Made by a program: the position numbers and the translations under genes. Shown here piece by piece: positions 40,054 through 53,345 of a stretch of 64,000 nucleotides of DNA. Location of the stretch: positions 17,050,001 to 17,114,000 of the forward strand of contig NC_043002.1 in NCBI RefSeq assembly GCF_006345805.1, given 5' to 3'. Each line of letters starts with the position of its first letter. Position 1 is the first letter of the stretch. Below the pieces are notes generated by a model. It was not told where the DNA came from, ran no database searches, and saw only the letters and a list, made by a program, of their open reading frames with translations. This DNA comes from Octopus sinensis. Taxonomy: Eukaryota.

Positions 40054-42721
40054 CGTGTACCGCAATATGTTCAAATTATATAAAACAACAAAATAGAGTT
40101 TCTCATGTTTCAAACAAATAAATCGCTAAGATCAGAACTAATTTCTCCTGCAGTACATTTTGGCCTCTACAACATCAAAGTGACAAGTAGCAAAATACAT
40201 TATTCGCAGGATATGTTTAGTTTTATAGAACTTCACTGTATTCTGTATGTTGTAATATAAGGGATATAACTAAGTTCCAATATCGTTCAAGATGAAAGTG
40301 TTACAAAGATTACATTATATTACGCTTACAGAACCAAAATCTTTGATTCTATAGAATTCACTCCCCTATTTTTATAAGTTCTCTGATTTCCGACTATATG
40401 AAAAATCCCTGTTCTGTCGTCATAAAATTTGTTATTTAATTTTAGAAGAAACTTTTCAGTTTCCTCTTATTGAAAAGATCAAAAACAGGACTGATTGATC
40501 CGGTATCGCTCTTGTAAAACACGATTATTTAATCCTGACAAGAGAAAGTAATATTCCCCTTCACGTAACATTCAAAGAAATACTTCTCTCCTAGTGATTA
40601 CTGGCAATATAAGAGGGAAAAGTTTCCAACTACTGAAATTCATATCAAAGCCAAATTTCTACGCTTTTGTAACAAGAAGAAATACAAATTCATTAAAGAG
40701 GTTATTTACATTCCCGTTCGTTTATCAAAGACTTACAACTGGCATAAAACTTTAAATCTATGAAATCATGTTGAAATTGGAATATCAAATCAAAAACGTA
40801 ACGTGTAATCCGATATAATATATTTTCATTATACCATACTTTGAGACGTAGACTTGTATTTTTTCAAGCAGTATGTATCATATAATATACATATATATAG
40901 ATATATACATATGATTTGAGATTTTGATGTCTTATCGATAAAGATAATAGCCTGCAGTCGATCAATATCTAGTTTATGTTTCCACATATATTTCTTACTC
41001 CAGGATTAAATCACCACAAATAACTTCCCTTTACATAATAATTATTTGTGAGTAGGTAAGTCTATTTATGTCTTGTATTGCTTTGAAGATTTAAGTCTGG
41101 ATATTTCTGTTGATTTATGACATATATATGAGAAGTATAGAATGAGTCAGAAACCGTAATCAGGAGATCATATTTTGTTGGATACCTGACAGGCACTATG
41201 GAAAAATAAACTTTGTATCAATCAGTTTGGCAACTTTAGAATAATGAGTGGAGGCAGGTAACGTTTGACGCAAAAATTATTGAGGATAACAAAGCAAACC
41301 TTTTACTAAATTATAGCCAATGTTCTGCAGAATACGGTGATGGACTATTGCACAAAAATGGTTAATTCCGAGAGAAGTAAAAACGGTGAATTAGAAGCAA
41401 AATTATGCATGAAGAATGAATAAAAGAAATTGGGACAATATCTGCTATACTAATACTGAGATTTTTGTTTTTTAAATGCTTCAGCAAATAATCACACGGA
41501 ACTGGAATAATGGAAACCATTACAAGAGCGCTGTAACGAATGCACACTATTACTGGAGGAGTGAATTGTAGATTGTGAAGTAGTTGAATCGTATATAATA
41601 TAAATGTAATTTTCCATACGAACCTTCAGAAAATTGCATGATATATATGGAAATCGCCATCGTTATATCGAAACTAGTTGAAACCACTTTCGCTTAATAG
41701 TATTTCAAAATTTCATATAGTTTTAGCAGTGCCATTATTTGTCATAATGATGGTATAAAACTACCAACGAAGCTGAAGTCTGGCAGAATAGTTGTAGAAA
41801 ACGTGAGTATATCATGTAACTAGCAAGTTAGATTAAAATATATCAATTAATCAAACTAACTAAAGCAAATATCAATATATGTATAAATACATGTGTTGTA
41901 CGTGTGTATGTTTGTTCATGCGATTTCTATAAAAAAAGACATATCAAAGCACTGAAACATTAAATGATTAAGCAGTATCACTTAAATCGCGTATTTATGT
42001 CTCATTAACCCCAGATCCCTGGAGTGAATATGCTTTCTTATATTGCGTTTCTTCCACTGTTATGAGATGAGTGTGTCATCTGATCGGAACAGTTGTTTAA
42101 AGTACCACAGCGCCACTATTCATCATTACGTGTAAGATAAAATACAGGAATTAAAATGGTTGTTCAGGAGAATATCAAAAATCATTTGTTAAAGATCTAT
42201 ATTGTCCATTTATTTTATATATATCTACTGAAATTTTCATGACGTCCCATGTACTTGGTAAGACAAAGCCAAATACAGCTCAAAGAATCAAAAAGTCCAA
42301 AATTAATAAAATTAACAAATCCTAATACGGAATGATCATAAACATTTCAAAGAAATATAACCGTTAATTGTATGAGTGAAAAACGTAACATACATTGAAT
42401 AATAGAAAAGTAAATAAAATTAGAATACATTCAGATATATGATTTTAATTTCTATGGACCATCTTAGAATAGACTGTAAGGGATTTTACTGCTATATTCC
42501 ATTCATTTTAATGATAACAGTTGAGGAGTTCTTGCCTGTGCTTTTTGCATTCCTGTCTTCGAAACGACAGAGGACAGGTGTTTAGAAAAGGTATTTATCC
42601 TTTGTGGTATTCAAGATTACATAGACTTTAATTGCAGACTGTTCCTCCTGGCGGTCTTAATAACGGTCATTTACATAGTTATTTCCCTTTGGTTAACGGC
42701 CATTTGCATAGCTTATTTTAA

Positions 42722-42796
42722 TTGCCTCGATAACTGAAGAGATACCGTTGCAGGTTTCCGACCCGGCATCCGAAACTCGGAATTTTATCATGGCAA
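42722..42796 (+). ncRNA. Degenerate type I hammerhead ribozyme
   Basis: ttgcc-tc-gataa-CTGAAGA-gataccg...cggcatc-c-GAAA-ctcggaa-TT-ttatc-at-ggcaa. Extended stem I with an internal loop; stem III is weak. Confidence 0.55.
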
Positions 42797-42943
42797 CCGG
42801 ATAATTGTCACATATCATATTAAAAATAAATTCCTCTATTTACATAATATCGAGGTCTCTTCATTCTTTTGATGTCTTACCATTACTATTAATATACATA
42901 TATATATATAAAATATCTCTATGAGATATTTAGAAATTTAATA

Positions 42944-42974
<31 letters not shown>

Positions 42975-43123
42975 CTAAGCAATTAAGGGTTTAGCAACGA
43001 ATTGCCTCACCACACAGCGAATTTAGAAATAGCAGTCAAAGAGATATAGCTATTCCTTCTACTAAAAGGGAGATCTCAGTAAAAGGATGAAATGACGGCA
43101 ATCTATCATACAATTTTAAGTTA

Positions 43124-43215
43124 CCTACGGACATACGTTTCGAAATCAAGTTTTAGGAAAGCATAAGAATTAGAAAATTCTACCTTACCCAAACTTCTTT
43201 TCTCATCGGCGTAGG
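43124..43215 (-). ncRNA. Type I hammerhead ribozyme (inverted copy of 43294-43385)
   Basis: Reverse complement of 43294-43385, with loop III cgtatg instead of cgtacg. Confidence 0.65.
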
Positions 43216-43293
43216 ATACTACAATTATGAATAATTGTATATTAAATTTTGAGATACTAGAAGGCATTATACAATTATTCATAATTGTAGTAT

Positions 43294-43385
43294 CCTACGC
43301 CGATGAGAAAAGAAGTTTGGGTAAGGTAGAATTTTCTAATTCTTATGCTTTCCTAAAACTTGATTTCGAAACGTACGTCCGTAGG
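43294..43385 (+). ncRNA. Type I hammerhead ribozyme with U4C core variant and long stem II
   Basis: cctacg-CCGATGA-gaaa...tttc-GAAA-c-gtac-g-TC-cgtagg. 6-bp stem I, palindromic loop III, predicted cut after GUC at 43379. Confidence 0.75.
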
Positions 43386-43705
43386 TAACTTAAAATTGTA
43401 TGATAGATTGCCGTCATTTCATTCTTTCTTACCTGTCTGTGTTTGCCTTTCAAGTGCTGTGTTTTTACTGAGATCTCCCTTTTAGTAGAAGGAATAGCTA
43501 TATCTCTTTGACTGCTATTTCTAAATTCGGTGTGTGGTGAGGCAATTCGTTGCTAAACCCTTAATTGCTTAGTATTACTTAAATTTTCCTCGAATGAGGC
43601 TTTTACATGCCGAAATCTACTTGGTGTAATTAATAATTATTCCAAGTTAATTAATTTCACCCTTTATTGTTACTGATATATATATATATATATATTATTT
43701 TAGCA

Positions 43706-43837
43706 AGGGCATTACTATACATAAATGCCTCACGCTAGGAGGGACTATTAAAGTCAAAACTACCGTAATAAACATTATCATTGTTTTCACTTTAAGCATC
43801 CCTCTTAGCGTGAGACATTTATGTATAGTAATGTCCT
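43706..43837. repeat. ~130-bp imperfect hairpin (MITE-like)
   Basis: agggcattactatacataaatgcctcacgcta... pairs with ...tagcgtgagacatttatgtatagtaatgtcct. Confidence 0.75.
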
Positions 43838-44444
43838 CAATATAAATAAATATATTTAAAGGGAATAATTAATAATTTTTTCCCTTATGATATTTTTCAC
43901 GTTAACTACTTGATGATAAATTCTTAAAGATTTTATCCTATGTTTAAATTGTATGTGTGTGTGTGTGTGCGCGCGCGTCGGACCCTCCCGTCGAAGACGA
44001 AATATGTGTATTGAGCTTTCGCTGAACAACTTGCAGAAATCATTTGCTTAAAATGATCCCATACATTTTCGCATCGTACTCGCTCTATCAAAAAATCGAC
44101 GTTGCCCGAACAGGTACATCGTTTCGAAGTGAGCGCACAGCAACGTGAGATGAAGAGTTTCGCTCAAGAACACATCACAAAGTAATTGAACAAGTAATTG
44201 AAATCACAATGAAGCGATCCTGTGTACAACGCCCTAATATATGAGTCGTCATATATATCATGATTTTCAGTGCCCGCCGATATATTTCACGAGCTTTGAA
44301 ACTGTAAGTAGCACAGAATCATTTGAAGAAACAAAGTCTTTTGTTACATACATGTAACTCCGGATACATGTCTTGATTTCTCTTCTTCTGTTTGTCCACT
44401 GACTTGTATACATGTGTGCGTGTGTACGTATGTATATATGTATG

Positions 44445-44507
<63 letters not shown>

Positions 44508-44523
44508 AGAGAGTGGGAGATAC

Positions 44524-44554
<31 letters not shown>

Positions 44555-46505
44555 TATACTTACATAAATAGATACATATATATATATATATATATATAAT
44601 ATATATATATATATACACACATATATATACTTACATAAATAGATACATATATATATATATATTATATATAATATATCTTATTCAAGATATTTTCGAGAGT
44701 CCTGCTCTACGTTTTTTGACGAGAGTAAAACTTGGACATATTTATTTGTGCTTCGATAGTATCGTAAGAAAACTTGTAATTTTATGATAGCATTAGATTA
44801 TAGATGTCTGAAATATTTCGCATAAATCATATTTGCCTCTGACGAAAATAGCTTAATATAACATGAAAAAAGTATTAGTAACTCAAACACTGGTAAAAAA
44901 ATATTTCTTCTCCCACTGTTTTTTTCTCTATACATGTACGCATATGTGTGTGTCTGTGTGTGTGTATGTGTGTGTGTGTTTACATGTGTGAGTGTGAATA
45001 AGCTAATAGACAAACCCAAGCACATTCATACACAGACACACATACACACACTCATACACAGAGTTATTATTACAACTATTTTTATGTAATCCCTTTGTAA
45101 TAAATTTCACTTCGTGCTATTTTTTGTTCTTTGTGATATCATTTTCTGTTTCTGTCTCACAATGTTATTTTCGATTTAATACAAAGAAAAAAATACAGAA
45201 ATAACACATCTAGAAACGATTTCAATCTCAATAAATGCCCAACAATATCATGAGTATTTCTTATTTTCTCCATTTTGCCATTTTCCCTGTTCCTTTTAAT
45301 TTCCTTTTCTTTCTTATTTCTTTCATTTCATTCAAAAGATGCCGCTTCGAAGGAGAGCTCGTTTTTGATATCTTTATGAGAAGAAACTTACCTTATATAC
45401 ATATATAAATGTATAAATATATACTGCATTGAAAATTCTGCATCCATAGTATCCCCTTATTTCCTCTTTTTTTTCTATTACCAATAGCCTGTTTCTATCC
45501 CTTTTCTTCGTAGACGTATTTCTTCATCATTATCATTATCATAATCAATATTACTAGCCACGATGTTATTGTCATCATCTTTATCATCATGTTTATCGCC
45601 ATCATCCACACCTTATTTTTATTTCCATCCCCAAATCATCATCATTGTCCCCACCTTTAATAATTTATCTTTCAATCCAGTTATTCACTTCCTTCCTCTT
45701 TCAATTATACTGGAAATACATGAAATATGTGATGTAGAATGGCATAGTTTCTCTCCTCCTTGCATTTCTTAGCTTTGACAAAAGTAGTTTACACTTGCTT
45801 ATATACACCAATATAAACATATGTAGGACACACGCAAGAAAGAATTCTGTCATTTTATTCCCTTAATTTGTAAGCACTTGTGTTGCATATTTTACGTCAC
45901 GTTGAATCTATGAGAATGTTTTACACTTTGCACTGAAGCGGACTACAAGAACCCACATCGTATTTTTTTATATAAGGGAGATCGAATCCTAATACATGGA
46001 TTTCATTCTATTGATGAAATACTAACTAGAAATGTTCACCACATGCTAGCCCATTATTAGATATTAAAAGCCGAATGACCAATTTCATTTAGTTTAAACA
46101 TTTCAAGCCAAATTTGGAAATGACATAATCGAATGTTACCATATCCGAACCTGGTCCCTAAGTCGACGAAATGGATAGCCAAAGATATCTTGTTGATATT
46201 TTAACGTAAGTTGTTTTTAGCTAAGAAGAAAATTTATTGGAAGCCCGTGAAGTAACCGTCAGCTTCCCAAAGATGTAACTTTCTATTGAGATTATTATAT
46301 AATGTAATATATCTTTTTTTACCTAGAATGTCTCATAGATGCTTCATAGATGATAGGTGTCCAGTAGGATATGTCTACGATTTCCTCTAATAGAAACAGA
46401 AAAAGTGCGTACAATTAAATGTTATCAATTAAAGAGAATTAATGGATATCGATTTCGAGATAGAAGAATAATCATCAGACTTGCACTTATTTACATATTC
46501 ACTTC

Positions 46506-46559
<54 letters not shown>

Positions 46560-49500
46560 GATTGGTCTATGTCTTGACACTTGAGATGAAAGAATTTAAA
46601 ATCCCCTTTATCTATCTATTGTCTCCTTTACGGATTAAAAAGGAGGCTAACAATTCAAACTTTGGAATCTAACGATCAAATACCTAAAATATTACATCTT
46701 ATGTTATTGCAATTCTCTCGTTCCTGAAGAGCTGAATGTAGTAAGAATAAAGGGAGAAGTTGAAATTGGCGGTATCTGAAATCTTGATATAAAGATCCAT
46801 AAGAAATAGCACATAACATATTTGTCCGAAGCACAAACGAGCCTACCAACTCACTGCTGTGACAATAACTAGAATTATTTCTTCTACAGCCACAAGTGTA
46901 TGAATTTGATTGGACTGCTTGATTGGATCACATCAACTGTAGTGGTCAGCTAATAGTTATTTTAGTTACCACGAAAGGATGAAAACAATGTGAATGACGG
47001 AGAATAAAGACGGGTGAAACATTGAGCTAAGCATTTCGTCCGGAGCGCTAGCCATTCCATCATTTCCTTGCATTAATTATTACTAATAAGAATAATAACG
47101 CTAAGGCTAAAAGTTAAAATAGTATCTTCATTATCCACAAATCCTGAAAATGTGTTTAAGACTATACAAAGACGAAGCTCAGTGAAGGTTTATAGGAAAA
47201 ACGCGTAAAGAATAACTGATGAGAAAAATTATAACAAAATTCTCCATTGTGGGAGGAACACTAACCAGTTGGCTCAGAAATCCCAAACAATACTGCATAA
47301 AAGGTGGTAAATGGCATTGGCGTCTCTCTCCCCACCACACAGCATGCAAGCGCCAGGTTACAGTATGACCCTTCATTCGAGTCATCGTCTCCACATTCAA
47401 CCAAATGTCTTCAAATTTAGTCGGAGGCAGCACATCTCTCTCAATACATTCCACTCTATTTCATTTTATTTTTCGACGTGATTTTGGACAATGAGTAGAG
47501 AGCCCGTCTTCTATATTTTAACTTACATTCCCTATAAAACCAAGCTGAGGATAACACCCCACCCTGGAGGCAAAACGTAAGTTGAAATGTGATCTTCACG
47601 ATTGGGTCGGATGAAAGCCATCCTAAACGTAATCGCAACTATTAAACGTACAACTCATTAATATATACGAACGCTAAGATGACATTTTCGCCACCCTGCG
47701 CCAATTTCGGGTAAGCGCTACTGATGTAGAGTTCATCCCAAAGTAGCAGTGTCCCTCGGTAGCAATGTCAGCCCAGGGCTTTCTAGAAATTATAAATAGG
47801 CCTCACCTCTAATTTATTTTCGGTAAACACCGACTAGTCGATCTTCATCGACACCTTGGTTTTCTTCGACGGTGTCTTCACTGTGGAACATCCATCGACA
47901 ACTTTGACCGATTAACAGAGGCTGTAAGGGTTTGATGGCATTCAATGTACCAGCTATATTTTCTTTTTCTACAACTTATCGAGGTATGAAAGAGGCGAGG
48001 TACGAAAAAAATAGGTTTCTAACAACCAGAGACCACAGCTACTCATCATCGAGTAAATGCTGGATACACCGTAGATCTAGCTGGTATCTGCTCATTAGTC
48101 ACGGCATAACTAATCCTCAGTGAAGCAGATTTTGATTGCGAAGTGCGAAGAGGCTGTGTGACCAGCGGGACTTAGCTTCCTCCACGCAAAGTGTCACTGA
48201 GCAAGCATTCCATTCTGCTTCGCTTTGGATCTGGGTAAGGCAAAACTGTCGGGCAGTATTGGATGAAAGACACAATCTAGGCATTTGTTAGGCAGTGGCT
48301 CTCATGGCTTCTCATCATAATTGATTGGTTGTGTTATCATGTACATTGGTTTGTATTGGCATAACAGATGAGCCACAGCAAATATTCTGCTCATGGCCAC
48401 AGATTTGCTTCTCGGTTGTTTGACCTTAACCATTTGAGCATGCCCTTTAATGGCTGACGATATGTGCATCTTTGATCACGAGCAAAAATAGTGTTGAGAG
48501 TGATTTTTTGGAGTTTGGATAATTCGCCTTTGGAACCATAGATGTTTCGTTCAACATCCTTCAACAACCCTTCTTCAGGGTCAATTTGAGTGGGATGGGC
48601 TACTCCACCTCAAGGAAATTCTAAGTTGGCCCCACCTGCAAGGTCATGCGTTGTTAATCTTGATATGAGATCACCATGTCACACACATATGTTTTGATGC
48701 ATGAGACTGGTGTAACCTCATCAGGCTAGTAATCATGATGGTTATACTTAGTTTCACTGTTATTTTGAGTACTAAGCAATAGTAAATAGATTTTCATAAA
48801 AATACGGGACCTGAAAAACAAGGAGAATCATAGTTTCTTTAAGGGTGAGTAAAAACCATGCAGACAAATAAGTAACAAAATCCCCAGGAATAAAGAATAC
48901 GTATAAAATACAGAAACAAATATTGCAAGAAAACGCGCACATCTTACGTATAACACTGTGGGTACACTAAATGTATCAACAACGAAACAAATCTTATCAT
49001 ATACTCAAGTCGTATAGTACTAAGCTCGGTAGTGCAGCGAAAGCACGAGATAAAAGTAAGGCTACTGAATAATAATAACGGCAGATACAAATACAGCAGT
49101 AACTGCGCCTAAGTTATAGCTGTATTAATCCACGTGTTGAATTGATGAATAAATCACGACTGATACCTCTCTTATTTAGAAATATTTATGAGTGTGTCAA
49201 TGGATAGCTTCCCTTCAAGAAAGTCAACACGATGTTGTCACAGAACATCCACTAACAAATTATGGCTGGTGGTGTCTACTTCAACTTGAATAATCGAAAT
49301 TAAACCTTTATTTGATGACACAAGCACTCACACTAGCAATTGTGCGTCTCCATATTATATGCAGGCAAAGAAACAGAAACTCATTATCACACACACTTGC
49401 GCACACATATATAAAAGCATTCACAGACACACAAGCACACACACACATACACACTCAAACGAGCACGCACATACACACACACGCGCGCATATATATATAC

Positions 49501-49607
49501 TTACATATATATATATATACATATATATATACTTACATACATACATACATGCATACATACATACATACATACACATATATATATACATATATATATATAT
49601 ATATGTG

Positions 49608-49639
<32 letters not shown>

Positions 49640-49650
49640 ATATATATATA

Positions 49651-50825
49651 TGATTTGATTTTGATTTTTCCAGTTTCAGCTAATGAGCTGTGGCCATGCT
49701 GGGGCACCGCCATTTGGTTTGCTACATGATTTTACCTCACGAATGCTTTTTAGCAACTGTCATTTGGTGCATGAGAGAGTTCGATGCAGCTGCTCTCATC
49801 TGCACCTCCTGCCGTGAAGTTGGTTCATCCGGGACACCTGACAGGAAGAGATCCAGTCCTACTTTAAAGACATCCGCATCTACACCATGCAGGTCCCTCA
49901 GGTTCTTCGGGAGGATATTGAAGAGTTGTGGGCCTCTGAAGCCCAGGCTATCACAGTATCTTGTCCTACATCTTGATAGCAAATTTGGAGTCCTTGGTAC
50001 TACGCAGTAGCGCCCGGTTCTGGCATTTGTGTGACTCTCGATGCCAAAGTTTGGGACAAGTCCTTCCAGGATCTTCCAGATATATATTATGGCATATCTT
50101 TCTCGCCTACGCTCCAGGGAATAGAGCTTTAATCTCTTGAGTCTTTCTCAGTAGCTTATATGCTGCACAGAGGCTATCTTCTTCGTGTACCTTCGTTGGA
50201 TCGCCTCAAGTTCTGTGATCAACTTGACACTGGATGGTGACCATAGCTGAGAGCAATAGTCAAAGTGGCTTAGGACAAGTGTCTTCCAGAGGACCATCAT
50301 GGTTTCTTGTTCTCTTGTTCTAAAGGTTCTAAGAATCCATCCGGCCAGCCGTCTACATTTCATTGCCAGTTTAGCAACATGTACATGAAAGGTCGCGTCA
50401 TCACTCATGTAAATACCCAGGTCACGCACTGATTGTGCCTCTGGGATTGCAATCCCTCCGGGTCCAGTGTATTCATTGGGTATTGCATTCAGTTTTGCAT
50501 GCTGATAACATAAAGCTTGAAACTTTTCAGCATTGAACTGTATGCTATTCTCTTCAGCCCACTTGTATATTTTGTCCAGCTCACATTGCAGGTGCTTAGT
50601 GTCTTCAGTGTTCTGTATTGCCTGTGAAACTTTTGTATCATCTGCATAACTTGTGATCGAGGCTCTCTGCGTGGCTGAGGGCATGTCTGAGAGGGCCATT
50701 ATGAACAGTAGTGGTCCCAAAACAGTGCCCTGCGGAACACCGCTCACTATTTGCGTGTTAATTGGCTACTACCACCTGACTTCTATTCTTCAGAAAGTCA
50801 AGAAGCCATTCTCCCAATTCTCCCA

Positions 50826-50826
<1 letters not shown>
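49651..50826 (-). mobile_element. 5'-truncated CR1/L2-group LINE (RT pseudogene plus 3' UTR)
   Basis: [19 protein letters not shown] / [14 protein letters not shown] / YADDTK / DLGI / DYCSQLWSP, with an internal stop at 50148. Has an (AAATC)n-like tail and (TA)n flanks. Confidence 0.92.
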
Positions 50827-50873
<47 letters not shown>

Positions 50874-50876
50874 CAC

Positions 50877-50907
<31 letters not shown>

Positions 50908-50917
50908 CATACATACA

Positions 50918-50964
<47 letters not shown>

Positions 50965-51746
50965 TTACAGATTTTTTTTCACTCCCGTAAAACAAACTGC
51001 AGTTTTCTTTCTGCGATACAATCTTGTGATTTTTTCTTCTTTTCGCATTTGTGCGTTACAAATATTGTTATCTGTGGAATCATATTTGTAGTAAAAATGA
51101 ATGGGCTGTCTTTGGCTGCTATTTCTAAATTTTCGGTATGTAGTGAAGTAACTTGTTGCTTAACTCTTAATTATATATATATATAATAGAAGGTAAAATC
51201 AATAACGAATTTACCAGGGAGCGAGTGCTGAAATAAAAACCTTTTATGTAAATTTTACAAATTATTTTATAATTATATGCATAATTTCAACAAGCGGTCG
51301 GCTTAGTTCCTCACCACCCACTGCTAGAAATAGACGCTAATGTATTTTTTACTACCTTAAAATCTCCAAACATAACACACTTATTGCATGTAAGTAAAAG
51401 AAAAATAATGAATGAAGTTTGGATGGTTAACCTTTGTCGTTTTTCGAACTCAAAGTCAAAAATAATTTTACTTATTGTTACTCTTCAGTACAGTGTCTTT
51501 TGAAAGCACAAGTTCGCGAGATTTGCAAAAAATATGCACATGATCATGCGACGTTATGTGTCCAACCACACTTCCAAAATTGATATCTCCCTTTTATACC
51601 CACGTGTGTGTTAAGATCTAAGACCGCAGTATAAACTGAGATATGAAAACATCAGTTTTCGGTCGTTTGTTTGTATTTCAGTATTGTCGTTTGAAATCGG
51701 AGAATAAATATTATTATGATACATTAGTATAAAGATATACATACTT

Positions 51747-51850
<104 letters not shown>

Positions 51851-52029
51851 TATATATATATAAGTGAAAGAATGGAGTCGAATGACGATTTTAACAAAAT
51901 TCCTTTATTCTCGACAAATTCTGACGTGAATTTGCTACCCGGGTATCGGTTAACCGAATTGTCCATACTTGGATAATTAATTCACCTACTGAAATACTTA
52001 TATATATATATATACATATACATATACAT

Positions 52030-52238
52030 ACTGAGATCTCCTTTTTAGTAGAAGAAATAGCTAAAACCATTTGACTGCTATTTCTAAATTCGGTATGTGG
52101 TAAGGCAATTCGTTGCTAAACCCTTTATTGCTTAGTATTACTTAAATTTTCCTCGAATGAGGCTTTTACATGCCGAAGACTACTTGGTGTAATTGATAAT
52201 TGTTCCAAATTAATTAATTTCACCCTTCATTATTACGG
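52030..52238 (+). mobile_element. 3' fragment of the 42972-43676 family
   Basis: Colinear match to 43467-43676, flanked by (TA)n. Confidence 0.85.
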
Positions 52239-52269
<31 letters not shown>

Positions 52270-52949
52270 ATATATATTATATATATATATATATATACAT
52301 ATATACATACATACATGCATACATACATACATACATACATACATACTTACATGCATATGTGTACATATACATATTCATATTTGCACAGACTCAGGTTTTC
52401 AGTTTCTTCCCTGCCCTTATTATTTGGTCTACACTCTTGCTGGCTTGCTTCATTGGGTCTCTCATATCCACACTAGTAATTATTTTCTAATAATCTCAGT
52501 TTTGTTCTTCGCATTTAATATAAACTCAGACAACTTCTCATGCGAATTACTTTTTATCACACAGACAGATATATAGAATATGATAATGGATGATATTTAT
52601 TGATGAGTCTTACATATCCCACGAAGCGAAGACTGTTCCATGAAGTCATATTCTCTTTTACGTTCTCAACATTATACTCGCTTCTGGGTTTTTTGATTTC
52701 TAAAATCAAACCAATGACATCTCTGAGTTACTGAGATGAGAGTGTGTGTGAGAGAGAGAGAGAGAGAGGGGCAGTAACTGGCAGACAGACTGTCAGACAC
52801 ACAGAGAGAAAATGCGATTATTAAAAACAAAATACCATGAGGAAATAATTTAATGATAATTATCATAAATCTAACATGGAACATCGGACCCCAGTTGCAG
52901 GGGGCTTCAATCAAGTTAATATAATGTGTGTACTTTGTTTTATAAATAA

Positions 52950-53345
52950 CTAGCAGTATCGCCCGGCGTTGCTCGGGTTTGTATGGGAAATAACTATATA
53001 AGCATTTTAAGAGAGTTATAGCCAAAAAATAGCAAAAAAAGCATTAAAACTGGGAAAAAATTATGGTAATTTTTTTTTTAAATCGTTGACTCATCGTAGA
53101 CATTTTTAGAGAGTTACTTCCCTTATATAATAGCAGGAAAATGCATTAAAATGGGAAAAAATGATGGTAAATTTATTTTTAAATCGTAGACTCATCGTAG
53201 ACGCGCGCTAATACCCATAAGGGCTCGATATGAATCACGACTATAAGATACCCGGTTTTGGTTAAACTGCACCGCAAAATATGGGAGTAGTTAGGAATCT
53301 AAATCGTAGGAGACAGACACACAACTTGACTTTTATATATAAAGA
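52950..53345 (-). mobile_element. Non-autonomous Helitron, second copy
   Basis: Same TC...hairpin-CTAG ends as 8223-8617, with a different internal duplication. Confidence 0.8.

Larger units (their letters stand above)
42972..43676 (+). mobile_element. Non-coding fold-back PLE/retrozyme-like element in (TA)n
   Basis: Arms 42972-43241 and 43268-43575 are reverse complements apart from one ~37-nt indel. A ~100-nt unpaired tail follows, and the 3' part recurs at 52030-52238. Confidence 0.85.

Noticed and set aside
43588-43632. cgaatga-ggc-ttttacat-gcc-gaaa as a second hammerhead
   Set aside because: The core is not CUGANGA, there is no stem I, and the copy at ~52155 lacks GAAA.
47180-48740. 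Probable decayed LINE or transposon remnants (also ~54400-56000 and ~40400-41640)
   Set aside because: No diagnostic motif could be recovered with confidence.
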